Shown: piece after piece, positions 30,874 to 40,891 of the stretch
How positions within the stretch are numbered: the stretch's first letter is position 1
How the letters are laid out: each line of letters begins with the position of its first letter
From: an uncultured Bacilli bacterium
GTDB taxonomy: Bacteria > Bacillota_I > Bacilli_A > RF39 > UBA660
Length of the DNA stretch: 64,000 bases
Reading direction: 5' to 3'
Assembly (NCBI GenBank): GCA_934179675.1
Contig: CAKPQS010000002.1
Coordinates: 752 to 64,751 of the forward strand
The notes under the pieces: model-generated
Told to the model about the DNA's origin: nothing
Database searches by the model: none
Seen by the model: only the letters and a program-made list of their open reading frames with translations
Program-made: the position numbers and the translations under genes

Positions 30874-32458
30874 ACATTTTTTTTTCATTAAACAAATCAG
30901 GTAAATCATTTTCAAGCAAAACATAAGTTTTATTATCTCTTAATTTTTCAATTAAAGTAAAAGCATCTTTAACATCATTTAAAACAAATATTTTATTTTT
31001 ATCATAATTATTACTTAATAAACCATTATATATAGGTTTTGTTTGCTTTTTTCCAATCAATATTGTATAATCAGCAACTTTACTAATTTGTCTTCCAAAC
31101 TCGTAATTAGCGTCATATTCTTTATCCTTTAATTCAATCATACCAGGTGTTACAATTATTTTTCTTCCAGGCATTAAATCTAAAACATCAACTGCCATTT
31201 TAGATCCAACAGGATTTGAATTATAAGCATCATCAATAATTGTATAATTTTGTAATTTTTTAACTTGTAATCTATGTTCAATTGGTTTTATATTAGAAAC
31301 ACCTTTAATCATTTCATCATAACTTAATCCAAGTTCATAAGCTATAGCTAAAGCTGCTAGTATATTATATATATTTGGTTTTTCAAAAAGACATGTTTTT
31401 AAGGATATTTTTTTATTATCTTTTTTGAATATACAATCAAATGTAGTACCTTCATAAGTATATTTTATATTTGTTGCATATATATCGGCTTTATTATCAA
31501 TTCCAATCCAAATAATTTTGCACTTATTCTTAATTTTATATTCAACTTGTTTAGGATCATCAGCATTTAATACTCCGATCCCATTTTCTGGTAAATTTTC
31601 AATAAGTTCAAATTTAGCTTTTTGAATATTTTCAATTGTTTTAAAATTTTCAAGATGAGCGATTCCAATATTTGTAATTATTCCATATTTAGGCTTTACA
31701 ATATCACAAGATCTCTTTACATCATTTGATTTTTTATCGGCAACTGACATTTCAGCAATAAATATTTCCTCGAATTTATCTAAATAATTATTTATAGTTT
31801 TCATTAAACCAAGTGGTGTATTTAAATTACCTGGTGAAGCATAAGTTCTATATTTAACACTTAAAATATCATGTAAAATATTTTTACTACTTGTTTTACC
31901 ATATGAACCAGTAATACCAATATTAATAGTATTTAACTCTTTTAGTTTTTTTCTTGCTTTCTTTTTATAATGATTATATATTATTTTTTCAATAGGTAAA
32001 TTAATCAAAAAAGCTATATATACTTGATAATAAGCTAAAATAGCTAAAATAGATAAAGAACTAATTAAAATATAATAATTATTTATTTTATAATTTAAAT
32101 ATAACATTAAAATATTTAATAATATTGTTGTAAAAATTAGTCTTTTAATTCTGAAAGTATAAACAAGTGGTAATTTAACTTGATCATTTCTTTTTAAATT
32201 ATATCTATAAAAAAATAAAATTAAATAAAATATAAATAATATTATAAAAATTAATAAATTATTATTAAATAAAGGTAAAATAATTAAAAATAAACCAAAT
32301 AGATCAGGTGTTATAATAGTTTTATATTTATTTTTGATAATCCAATTAAGATATCTATTTCCCTCATTGTAAAAATTTTGTTGAAGCATTTGCATACCAT
32401 GAATAATTTTTAAATATGTATATAAAAAATATGGTATTAATAATATGTACATAAACAT
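30866..32458 (-). CDS. MurF-like Mur ligase (D-Ala-D-Ala-adding type) fused to an N-terminal ~170-aa five-helix membrane domain.
   Basis: C-terminal 350 aa: IGITGSYGKTSSK, ITNIGIAHLENF, IDDAYNSNPVGS (MurF-type). N-terminal part has five hydrophobic helices. Convergent with murE, with an 8-nt 3' overlap. Confidence 0.6.
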   Translation of the reverse strand: MFMYILLIPYFLYTYLKIIHGMQMLQQNFYNEGNRYLNWIIKNKYKTIITPDLFGLFLIILPLFNNNLLIFIILFIFYLILFFYRYNLKRNDQVKLPLVYTFRIKRLIFTTILLNILMLYLNYKINNYYILISSLSILAILAYYQVYIAFLINLPIEKIIYNHYKKKARKKLKELNTINIGITGSYGKTSSKNILHDILSVKYRTYASPGNLNTPLGLMKTINNYLDKFEEIFIAEMSVADKKSNDVKRSCDIVKPKYGIITNIGIAHLENFKTIENIQKAKFELIENLPENGIGVLNADDPKQVEYKIKNKCKIIWIGIDNKADIYATNIKYTYEGTTFDCIFKKDNKKISLKTCLFEKPNIYNILAALAIAYELGLSYDEMIKGVSNIKPIEHRLQVKKLQNYTIIDDAYNSNPVGSKMAVDVLDLMPGRKIIVTPGMIELKDKEYDANYEFGRQISKVADYTILIGKKQTKPIYNGLLSNNYDKNKIFVLNDVKDAFTLIEKLRDNKTYVLLENDLPDLFNEKKMSK

Positions 32459-32575
32459 TCCTCCTTAAATATTATAGCAGATATATAGTTTTTTTTAAAT
32501 AAATACTTTAAAAAAACACAATTTTATGGTATAGTATCTACGTGTTTGAAAAAAATAAAGAAAAGGGATGATAAA

Positions 32576-34177
32576 ATGAAAAGAAACATTTTAATAGGAG
32601 GAGCATGGCCTTACGCTAATTATTTATTACATATTGGTCATTTATCAGCACTACTTCCAGGAGATGTAATTGCACGATATTACAGAGGAAATGGTGATAA
32701 TGTAGTATATGTATCAGGTACCGATTCCCATGGAACTCCAATAACTCAACGAGCAAAGAAAGAAAATAAAACTCCTGAACAAATAGCATCTTTCTATCAT
32801 GAAGAATTTAAAAAATCATTTTTAAAAGCTGAATTTTCTTATGATTATTATGGATGTACTTTTGAAAAATATCATGAAGATGAAGTAAAAAAATTATTTA
32901 AACTTATTTATGATAATGGTTATATTTATGAAAAAGAAGAAAATGAAGACTTTTGTCCTAAATGCAATATATTTTTATCTGATAGAGATATAATAGGAAC
33001 ATGTCCAAAATGTGGAGGTCATGCAACAGGTGAGCAGTGTGATGACTGTTTAACAACTTTGGAAGCTAAAGAAGTATTAAATAAAAAATGTAAAAATTGT
33101 TTGGAAAATACTATTACTAAACCTAATAAACACTTATATTTTAAATTATCAGCTTTTCAAGATGAAATTAATAAATATGTTGAAAATCATAAAGATAAAT
33201 GGCGCAAAAATGCATATGGTGAAACTAAAAAGTTTTTATCAATGGGTTTAATTGATAGGGCTGCAACACGTGAATTATCTTGGGGAATAGAAGTACCAAT
33301 TTCTGGTTATGAAGATAAAAGAATATATGTTTGGATAGAGGCTGTTATGGGTTATTTATCAACATGTAAAAAAGTATTAGAAGAAAAAAATATGAATTTT
33401 GAAGAATTTATAAAAGATCCTAATTTAAAATCTTATTATGCTCATGGCAAAGATAATATACCATTCCATACTGTAATTTATCCTGCTTTAATTATGGCAA
33501 TGAAAAATAATTATAATTTACCAGAATATATTGTATCTGGCGAATATATAAATATGAATGATGAAAAAATGAGTAAATCAAAGGGTAATTTATTAACTGT
33601 TAATGATTTAGTTGACATGTATGGTGCAGAAACAATAAGATATTATATGATTGCAAATGGTCCTGAAAAAAAAGATGTTAATTTCACAAAAAGTGATTTA
33701 ATTCAAGCACATAATAAATTTTTAGTTGGTGTTTTAGGTAATTTTGTTAATAGAAATTTATCATTTATATCTAAAAAATTTGATGGCAATATAACAGAAG
33801 GTAATATTGATCCAAAAATAAGAGAAATAACAAAAGAAAAATATCAAAAAATAGGTTTATTAATTGAACAAGCTGAATTAAAAAGTGCTTTAGAAGAAGT
33901 ATTTGATTATATTAATTTAGGAAATAAATATTATGATGAAAATACACCATGGGTAGCAGTTAAAGAAGACATAAATAAATTTAATGATATTACATATACA
34001 TGTATTTACATGATTAGTAATATTGCTAATTTAATTAATCCATTTTTACCAGAAACTAGTAAAAAAATAAAATTAATGTTAAATTTAAATGATTTTAAAT
34101 GGGATGAAGAAAATATAAAAGGCAATATAAAAATAAATAATTTACAATTATTATTTAATCGAATTGATGAAGTTTAG
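32576..34177 (+). CDS. metG: Methionyl-tRNA synthetase (short form, no C-terminal tRNA-binding extension).
   Basis: HIGH-type motif (LHIGH), KMSKS, Zn knuckle CPKC...CPKCGG. Confidence 0.85.
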   Translation: MKRNILIGGAWPYANYLLHIGHLSALLPGDVIARYYRGNGDNVVYVSGTDSHGTPITQRAKKENKTPEQIASFYHEEFKKSFLKAEFSYDYYGCTFEKYHEDEVKKLFKLIYDNGYIYEKEENEDFCPKCNIFLSDRDIIGTCPKCGGHATGEQCDDCLTTLEAKEVLNKKCKNCLENTITKPNKHLYFKLSAFQDEINKYVENHKDKWRKNAYGETKKFLSMGLIDRAATRELSWGIEVPISGYEDKRIYVWIEAVMGYLSTCKKVLEEKNMNFEEFIKDPNLKSYYAHGKDNIPFHTVIYPALIMAMKNNYNLPEYIVSGEYINMNDEKMSKSKGNLLTVNDLVDMYGAETIRYYMIANGPEKKDVNFTKSDLIQAHNKFLVGVLGNFVNRNLSFISKKFDGNITEGNIDPKIREITKEKYQKIGLLIEQAELKSALEEVFDYINLGNKYYDENTPWVAVKEDINKFNDITYTCIYMISNIANLINPFLPETSKKIKLMLNLNDFKWDEENIKGNIKINNLQLLFNRIDEV

Positions 34178-34231
34178 CATAATGCTAGACTTTTTAATTT
34201 TTTTGATATATAATTATTTTAGTTAAGGAAG

Positions 34232-34816
34232 ATGTTTATGAAAATTATTGAAAAAGTAAAAGGCTTTAATTATTTTTTGCCAATTGTATATTTTGTATTG
34301 GGACTATTAATGGTAATATTTCCAGAAACTATAAATGATATAATTAATTATATAATTGGTGGTTTATTAATGCTTTTTGGTATAGATTATATAGTTAGAT
34401 ATTTATCTAATAATAAAGTAACAACATACTCAAAATATAGTTTAACAGTTGGTATAGTACCAATAATATGTGGTGTATTTCTAATATGTAATCCAGAAGT
34501 ATTAGTATCAATTATACCATTTGTAGCTGGAATGATAATATTAATGGATGCATTTGAAAAATTAAAACATGCAATTGATTTAAAGAAAATGAAATATGAT
34601 GAATGGTGGGTAGATTTAATAGTTGCAATACTATTTATAGTATTTGGTATTATAGTAATTATGAATCCGTTTGATGCCGCAAAATTATTAATAAGAATAT
34701 TAGGAATATTCTTCTTGGTAGATTGTTTTATAGATGTATGGACTAATTTTTCTTATGAAAAAATTAAAATCAAAAATGGTGAAGATAAGAAAATTGTCGT
34801 AATTGATGAAAAATAG
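34232..34816 (+). CDS. HdeD/DUF308-family membrane protein.
   Basis: Six short TM segments with repeated GxxxxxG/DxxW patterns typical of DUF308. Confidence 0.5.
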   Translation: MFMKIIEKVKGFNYFLPIVYFVLGLLMVIFPETINDIINYIIGGLLMLFGIDYIVRYLSNNKVTTYSKYSLTVGIVPIICGVFLICNPEVLVSIIPFVAGMIILMDAFEKLKHAIDLKKMKYDEWWVDLIVAILFIVFGIIVIMNPFDAAKLLIRILGIFFLVDCFIDVWTNFSYEKIKIKNGEDKKIVVIDEK

Positions 34817-34924
34817 AATAAAATAAGTTGACAAACATATATTAAATAAGTATAATAAGATAGAAATTTAAAAAAAGAAAGAAGAAATATCCATTTCTCA
34901 CCTGATTATAGTAGTAATAGGTAA

Positions 34925-34975
34925 AAAGCTTTGTTAAGTCTTTTTAAAGTGGATATTTAAACCCACTTTTTTTAT
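34925..34975 (+). promoter_or_regulatory. Leader terminator/attenuator upstream of infC (AAAGTGGA-tatttaaac-CCACTTT plus T7). Probable L20-responsive attenuation element.
   Basis: Strong hairpin plus U-tract ~20 nt before the infC RBS. B. subtilis regulates infC-rpmI-rplT by L20-dependent attenuation in the leader. Confidence 0.5.
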
Positions 34976-34992
34976 GTTGGAGGTGTCGGGGT

Positions 34993-35523
34993 ATCGCAAA
35001 TAAAGAAAAGAATTTGTTTATTAATGAACAAATAAGAGCAAAAGAAGTAATGGTTATTGGACCAAAAGGTGAACAATTAGGAACTAAAATACTTAAAGAT
35101 GCATTAACATTAGCGTCGTATGCAGGATTTGATTTAGTTTTAATCAATCCTAATAGTAATCCACCAGTATGTAAAATAATGGATTATAATAAATATAAGT
35201 ATGAAAACAAGAAAAAAAATAAGGAAAATCTAAAAAAGCAAAGAGAAACTAATCTTGAATTAAAAGAGTATCGTTTATCTGTTACAATTGATGTTCATGA
35301 TTTTGATACAAAAGTAAAACAAGCGTCAAAGTATCTAGAAAAAGGTCATAAAGTAAAAGCATCAATTCGTTTTCGCGGAAGAGAAATGGCACATACTGAT
35401 TTAGGTCTAAAAGTTTTATTAAGATTTGCAGAAGCTTTAGAAAGTTGTTCACAAGTTGAACAAAAACCAATTTTAGAAGCTCGTACAATGACTATGATTC
35501 TAGCACCCAAAAAAGAAAAATAG
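34993..35523 (+). CDS. infC: Translation initiation factor IF-3. It probably starts at a non-AUG codon (ATC 34993, RBS GGAGG 9 nt upstream); the ORF-track start is TTG 35014.
   Basis: (M)ANKEKNLFINEQIRAKEVMVIGPKGEQLG aligns with the Bacillus IF3 N-terminus. IF3 genes classically use AUU/AUC/AUA starts for autoregulation. Confidence 0.85.
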   Translation: MANKEKNLFINEQIRAKEVMVIGPKGEQLGTKILKDALTLASYAGFDLVLINPNSNPPVCKIMDYNKYKYENKKKNKENLKKQRETNLELKEYRLSVTIDVHDFDTKVKQASKYLEKGHKVKASIRFRGREMAHTDLGLKVLLRFAEALESCSQVEQKPILEARTMTMILAPKKEK

Positions 35524-35532
35524 GAGGATTTT

Positions 35533-35727
35533 ATGCCAAAGTTAAAAACACACAAAGGAACAAAGAAAGTTCTAAATATTAGACAAAGTGGTTCCATAAA
35601 AATTGGAAAACCAGGAAGCAGACATAATACAGGTAAAAAACCAGCAAGTTTCAGTAGAGCTTGTGCTAATGGATCTGCTTTAGACAAAACAGATTTAAAA
35701 AGAATAAAGAGTTTAATAGTAAAATAA
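35533..35727 (+). CDS. rpmI: 50S ribosomal protein L35.
   Basis: MPKLKTHKGTKK..., 64 aa, basic, between infC and rplT. Confidence 0.85.
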   Translation: MPKLKTHKGTKKVLNIRQSGSIKIGKPGSRHNTGKKPASFSRACANGSALDKTDLKRIKSLIVK

Positions 35728-35739
35728 GGAGGAAGAAAT

Positions 35740-36258
35740 ATGCCAAGAGTTAAAGGTGGAACAATTCATGCTGCTCGTCGTAAAAAAGTTTTAAACGAAG
35801 CAAAAGGATATTTTGGTTCTAAACATCGTTTATACAGAACAGCTAAAGAACAAGTAATGCATTCATTAAGTTATGCTTACAGAGATAGAAGACAAAAGAA
35901 AAGAGATTTTAGAAAATTATGGATTACAAGAATTAACGCTGCATGTCGTCAAAATGATATCAGTTATTCTAAATTCATAAATGGATTAGCAAAAGCAGGA
36001 GTAGAAGTTAACAGAAAAATGTTATCTGAAGTTGCTATAGCAGATCCTAAAGCATTTACTAATTTAGTTAATATTGCTAAAGCAGGTTTAGAAGGTAAAA
36101 CTATTGAAGTAAAAGAAACTAAAAAAGTTGTTAAAGAAGAATCTAAAGATTTATCTAAATTAACAGTTGCTGAATTAAAAGAATTAGCAAAAGCTGCTAA
36201 TGTTGAGGGTTATACTTCAATGAAAAAAGCTGAACTAGTTGAAGCATTATCAAAATAA
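35740..36258 (+). CDS. rplT: 50S ribosomal protein L20 with a ~50-aa C-terminal extension resembling a Rho_N/SAP-like helix-hairpin-helix.
   Basis: L20 core [18 protein letters not shown]...; the tail ...[33 protein letters not shown] matches the Rho N-terminal-domain-like motif. Confidence 0.85.
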   Translation: MPRVKGGTIHAARRKKVLNEAKGYFGSKHRLYRTAKEQVMHSLSYAYRDRRQKKRDFRKLWITRINAACRQNDISYSKFINGLAKAGVEVNRKMLSEVAIADPKAFTNLVNIAKAGLEGKTIEVKETKKVVKEESKDLSKLTVAELKELAKAANVEGYTSMKKAELVEALSK

Positions 36259-36343
36259 GGTGTTTTAAAACATCTTTTTTGTTAATATTTTTATTTACTT
36301 TAAATATAATTATGATATAATACATAAAAAAGAAGGTGAACTC

Positions 36344-36841
36344 ATGAAAAATTTATATATTGATTTTGATGGCGTAATAATGGATACAATTAATAAAGCG
36401 TATCAAATGATGGATGATGAAAATATTAATAGAACTAATATAGAAGATGTCAGTAATTTCTTTAAAAACCTTGAATGGAACAAATTATTGAATGAAACTG
36501 ATGAAATAAATGGTGCTATTAATAAAGTGAAGAAGTTAAATGATTCAAATAAATTTAATGTTGCAATTTTAACGCATGTTAATTCATTAAATGAAGCTAT
36601 TGAAAAGGTAAAATTCATTCGAAAATTTTATAATGATATTACAGTTATACCTGTTCCTAAAGAAATATCGAAAACAAAAATGGTTCATACAAAAGATGCT
36701 ATTTTAGTTGATGATTATACAAGTAATTTGGTTGAATGGAAAAGTGAAGGCGGAATTGGTATTAAATTTTCTGTAAAGCCTAAACAAAGTAAGTTTATAG
36801 TTATAGATGATTTAGATAAATTGTTTACAATTTTTGAATAA
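36344..36841 (+). CDS. HAD-superfamily 5'(3')-deoxyribonucleotidase-like protein.
   Basis: IDFDGV (DxDG) motif; ~165 aa NT5C-like fold. Confidence 0.45.
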   Translation: MKNLYIDFDGVIMDTINKAYQMMDDENINRTNIEDVSNFFKNLEWNKLLNETDEINGAINKVKKLNDSNKFNVAILTHVNSLNEAIEKVKFIRKFYNDITVIPVPKEISKTKMVHTKDAILVDDYTSNLVEWKSEGGIGIKFSVKPKQSKFIVIDDLDKLFTIFE

Positions 36842-36910
36842 ATAGATAATATCTATTTTTTTCTTGCAATGGCAACTAAAACAATATATAATTAAATAGG
36901 AGATGATAAA

Positions 36911-37909
36911 ATGCTAATACTTGCAAAGGCAACAATGGCAATGATGATAGGATTTATACTAGCGATCATTTTGGGATTAATATTAATACCTATTTTAAGA
37001 AAATTTCATATTGGTCAATCAGTAAGTATATATCTACAAGAAAAGCATAAGAAAAAAAATGGTATTCCAACAATGGGTGGATTAATATTTATAATAACAA
37101 CAATAGTAACGGTAATCATATTATTGATAATGAAAAAAATAGAATTTTCAGAAAATTTATTTATTTTAATGTATGTTTTTGTAGCATATGGAATATTAGG
37201 ATTTATTGATGATTATTTAATTGTTGTTAAAAAAAATAATAAGGGATTAACAGAAATTCAAAAATTGTTGGGGCAACTTTTTATAGCGCTTGGTTTTTAT
37301 ATAATTTATATGAAAAGTGGACATCCGCCAGTACTTGAGGTAAATGCTTTTGGATTAAATATTGATATTAATTTTGGAGCTTTTTATATTTTATTTATAA
37401 TGTTTATTATGGTAGCAAGTAGTAATGCTGTAAATATAACAGATGGTTTAGATGGTTTAGCAGGTGGTTTATCAATTATTTCATTTTTATGTTTTGCTTT
37501 AATAGCATGGAATTCAAAATGGATTGTTGGATATGAAGATATGGCTATATTTTGTTTTATTTTAATAGGATCATTGATGGGCTTTTTAATGTTTAATACA
37601 TATCCTGCTAAAATATTTATGGGTGATACTGGATCACTTGCAATTGGTGGAGCACTTGGTGCTGTTGCTATTTTAACTGGTCGTGAATTTACTCTTATTT
37701 TAGTAGCAGGTGTATTTGTAATAGAAACTTTGTCTTGTATTATTCAAATACTATCTGTTAGATTAACTGGAAAAAAGGTATTTTTGATGACACCACTTCA
37801 TCATCATTTTGAAAAATTAGGATGGCAAGAAAATGATATTGTAAAATCATTTTGGGTAATTGGTTTATTATTTGCAATGATAGCAATAGCATTTGGTGTA
37901 TGGATATAA
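36911..37909 (+). CDS. mraY: Phospho-N-acetylmuramoyl-pentapeptide transferase MraY.
   Basis: 10-TM protein with the DD..NAVNITDGLDGLA and PAKIFMGDTGSLAIG motifs. Confidence 0.85.
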   Translation: MLILAKATMAMMIGFILAIILGLILIPILRKFHIGQSVSIYLQEKHKKKNGIPTMGGLIFIITTIVTVIILLIMKKIEFSENLFILMYVFVAYGILGFIDDYLIVVKKNNKGLTEIQKLLGQLFIALGFYIIYMKSGHPPVLEVNAFGLNIDINFGAFYILFIMFIMVASSNAVNITDGLDGLAGGLSIISFLCFALIAWNSKWIVGYEDMAIFCFILIGSLMGFLMFNTYPAKIFMGDTGSLAIGGALGAVAILTGREFTLILVAGVFVIETLSCIIQILSVRLTGKKVFLMTPLHHHFEKLGWQENDIVKSFWVIGLLFAMIAIAFGVWI

Positions 37910-37991
37910 GGTATAGGAAACTATACTTTTTTTAATTAATTTTGATTTATAATTGCATAATAATGTTGATTGTGATAAGACATAAGTATAA

Positions 37992-38153
37992 GAATGGTAA
38001 GGTGTGTGTATATGAATATTGTTGATAAGTCTATAAATAAAGATGCATACTAAATAATAAAAAGATTAGTATTTTTAATAATGATTTAATAGGAGCAGAT
38101 TATATAGATTCTGTTCCTATTTTTAGTGTATTCAATTTATTAGGAGGAAGTAT
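37992..38153 (+). repeat. Second copy of the DUF285-gene 5' cassette (promoter, leader ORF start, RBS), ~90% identical to 2568-2799 but with the ATAC tract collapsed to ~1-2 units.
   Basis: Direct alignment: ...GGTGTGTGTATATGAATATTGTTGATAAGTCTATAAATAAAGATGCATACTAAATAATAAAAAGATTAGTATTTTTAATAATGATTTAATAGGAGCAGATTATATAGATTCTG... versus the copy at 2570. Confidence 0.85.
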
Positions 38154-38366
38154 ATGAAGAAGAAAGTTTTGTTTTTATCAATATTATGTTTATTATTTGT
38201 AACATTAAGTTATATTTATTCGTCATTTACGGCTACAATAGCTATAAACAATAATAAAAAATATGGTGGATTAAGTTATAGTGGATATAGTGAGTATTCA
38301 AGAACATCAGAAACTATAACTATTACTAGCAATTACATAAAAATAACATTTACAAGTGATAGTTGA
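38154..38366 (+). pseudogene. Chimeric or truncated DUF285-family gene remnant: signal peptide of the 2800-type gene joined to a tail related to the C-terminal extension of the 1-658 paralog.
   Basis: MKKKVLFLSILCLLFVTLSYIYSSF... then INNNKKYGG...ETITITSNYIKITFTSDS*, compared with INNNKKYGGSTRTKETITINSNYIKITFTSDSYDNNFYGLRAIVIPNY* at 545-658. Terminator-like hairpin at 38388-38412. Confidence 0.6.
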
Positions 38367-38476
38367 GGAAATAATTATTAATACTATATATCAGAGTAAT
38401 AATCTCTGCTTTTATATTGCTAATTGATTTTTAATATATAAATGTGATATAATTAGTCTAGTCAAAGAGGTGACTT

Positions 38477-39061
38477 ATGAAAGTAAAAAATGTTGATTTA
38501 AAAATAAGTGCAGTAAGAAGAAGTCAATATCCAGGCGACGAATTACCAGAATTTCTATTAGTAGGAAGATCAAATGTTGGCAAAAGTAGTTTTATAAATA
38601 CACTAATAAATAGAAAAAACTACGCTAGAACATCATCAACACCAGGTAAAACCCAAACAATAAATTTTTATTTAGTAAATGAAGAATTTTATTTAGTTGA
38701 TGCACCTGGATATGGATATGCAACACTATCAAAAAGAGAACAAAAGAAATTTGGTCTAATGATGGAAGATTATTTAATAAACAGAAAAAACTTAAAACAC
38801 GTATTTATGTTAGTAGACTTTAGAAATAAACCAAGTAATGATGACTTACAAATGTATAAATTTTTAAAATATTATAAAGTACCAGTAACAATAATCGCAA
38901 CTAAAGTAGATAAAGTATCAATAACACATCAACAAAAACAAAGAAGTGTAATACTAAATAATTTAGATTTAGTTGTCGGAGATGACTTTTTAATGTTTTC
39001 CAACGTAACAAAACAAGGAAGAGATGAAGTTTACGAAAAAATAGAACGAATAATTGCCTAA
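38477..39061 (+). CDS. engB: Ribosome biogenesis GTPase EngB/YsxC.
   Basis: LVGRSNVGKSSFINTL P-loop, DAPGYGY, ATKVDK. Confidence 0.85.
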   Translation: MKVKNVDLKISAVRRSQYPGDELPEFLLVGRSNVGKSSFINTLINRKNYARTSSTPGKTQTINFYLVNEEFYLVDAPGYGYATLSKREQKKFGLMMEDYLINRKNLKHVFMLVDFRNKPSNDDLQMYKFLKYYKVPVTIIATKVDKVSITHQQKQRSVILNNLDLVVGDDFLMFSNVTKQGRDEVYEKIERIIA

Positions 39062-39086
39062 AACATAATATATTTTAGGTGATAAA

Positions 39087-39527
39087 ATGCATATTGAAAA
39101 TTTTGATGAAAAATTAATTATTTATATAAATAAAAAAATTAATTTAGAAGATATAAGTACTATATTATTAAAATCAAAAATATTAGGTCTTGACATAAAA
39201 AAATATGATAATATTGTTATCTATGAAGATGAAATATTAGGTACAATATTAGAACTAACACTAGAAAATGATAACTATTTTACATCCTTTGATATGAATA
39301 TATCCGTATCCAAAGAAAAAGGTTTTCTATTAAAACTAGAAGAAAATATTGATTTTGATATAAAAAATGATATCTATAAATACAAAAATAATTACTATAT
39401 GCAAGTAAAAGATAATGATTTTATAAAAATAGGACGTATTTTAGAATATTCTAAAATAATATATGGAAATATTATCAAAAAAATCAAAAAAGAAAAAAAC
39501 AAAATAAATGGAGGTATTGTAGTATGA
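39087..39527 (+). CDS. Hypothetical protein (146 aa), translationally coupled to der.
   Basis: ORF with RBS; its stop overlaps the der start. No recognisable motif. Confidence 0.3.
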   Translation: MHIENFDEKLIIYINKKINLEDISTILLKSKILGLDIKKYDNIVIYEDEILGTILELTLENDNYFTSFDMNISVSKEKGFLLKLEENIDFDIKNDIYKYKNNYYMQVKDNDFIKIGRILEYSKIIYGNIIKKIKKEKNKINGGIVV

Positions 39528-40840
39528 GAAAAAATGTAGTCGCCCTAGTTGGAAGACCAAACGTTGGTAAATCAACACTATTTAATAGATTAGTAGGAAG
39601 AAAACAAGCAATAATTGAAGATATACCAGGTATTACGCGAGATAGAATATATGGCCTTGTTAATTACAATAACTATAGTTTTCACTTAATAGATACAGGT
39701 GGAATAGATCTTGGAACAGATTCTTTTAGACGCGAAATAAAAGGACAAGTAGATTTAGCGATCGACGAAGCAAATATAATTGTATTTGTAGTAGATGCTA
39801 AAGAAACACTAACAGCAAATGATTATGCTGTAAGAGATATGCTTTTAAAATCGGGCAAAAAAGTTATTGTCGCAGTTAATAAATGTGACAGTAAAGAATC
39901 AGAAAATCATAAATATGATTTTTATGAATTAGGATTTGATGAATATATTTATATAAGTGCTGAAGCTAAAGATGGAATAAGTGAACTATTAGATAAAATA
40001 GTTGAAAATTTTGATGAAACACCTTATGAAGAAGAAAAAGGAATCAAATTCTCAATAATTGGAAGACCGAACGTTGGTAAAAGTAGTTTGACAAATGCCT
40101 TATTAAACGAAGAAAGAGTAGTAGTATCACCAGTAGCAGGAACAACAAGAGATGCAATTGATACACCATTTAAATATAATGGAGCAGACTTTACAGTAAT
40201 TGATACAGCAGGAATGAGAAAAAGAGGAAAAATATACGAAAATGTTGAACACTATAGTTTATTAAGAGCCTTAAAAGCAATAGATCGTTCTGATGTCTGT
40301 GTACTTGTATTAGATGCTAAAGAAGGAATAATTGAACACGATAAACATATAGCAGGCTATGCTTTAGAATCTGGTAAACCTGTAGTAATAGTTGTAAATA
40401 AATGGGATATTGTTGAAAATAAAGATGAAGAAATGAAAAAATTCAAAGAAAATATCCGCAATAATTTTCAATTTATGCCTTATGCACCAATAGTATTCTT
40501 ATCAGCAAAAACTAAAAAAAGAATTGGTACACTAATGCCAGAAGTAATAAAATGTTATGAAAATACACATAAAGAAATAAAAACATCAGCAATAAACGAT
40601 TGTATAATGGATGCATACCTATTAAATTTGCCACCATCATATAAAGGTAAAAGACTTAAAATTTACTTTACAAAACAAGTATCATCCGCACCACCAACAT
40701 TTAATATTTCTGTTAATAATAAAGGATTGATCCATTTCTCATATCCAAGATATTTAGAAAATAAAATAAGAGAAACGTTCGATTTTAGTGGTACACCAAT
40801 AGTATTACAATTTAAAAATAAAGGTGAAGAGGATATATAA
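39524..40840 (+). CDS. der: GTPase Der (EngA), tandem GTPase domains plus KH-like domain.
   Basis: VALVGRPNVGKSTLFN and FSIIGRPNVGKSSLTN P-loops. Confidence 0.9.
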   Translation: MRKNVVALVGRPNVGKSTLFNRLVGRKQAIIEDIPGITRDRIYGLVNYNNYSFHLIDTGGIDLGTDSFRREIKGQVDLAIDEANIIVFVVDAKETLTANDYAVRDMLLKSGKKVIVAVNKCDSKESENHKYDFYELGFDEYIYISAEAKDGISELLDKIVENFDETPYEEEKGIKFSIIGRPNVGKSSLTNALLNEERVVVSPVAGTTRDAIDTPFKYNGADFTVIDTAGMRKRGKIYENVEHYSLLRALKAIDRSDVCVLVLDAKEGIIEHDKHIAGYALESGKPVVIVVNKWDIVENKDEEMKKFKENIRNNFQFMPYAPIVFLSAKTKKRIGTLMPEVIKCYENTHKEIKTSAINDCIMDAYLLNLPPSYKGKRLKIYFTKQVSSAPPTFNISVNNKGLIHFSYPRYLENKIRETFDFSGTPIVLQFKNKGEEDI

Positions 40841-40891
40841 TATCCTTTTTTGGTACATAAAAAATAGTAATTCATATAATGTTCTAGGAGG

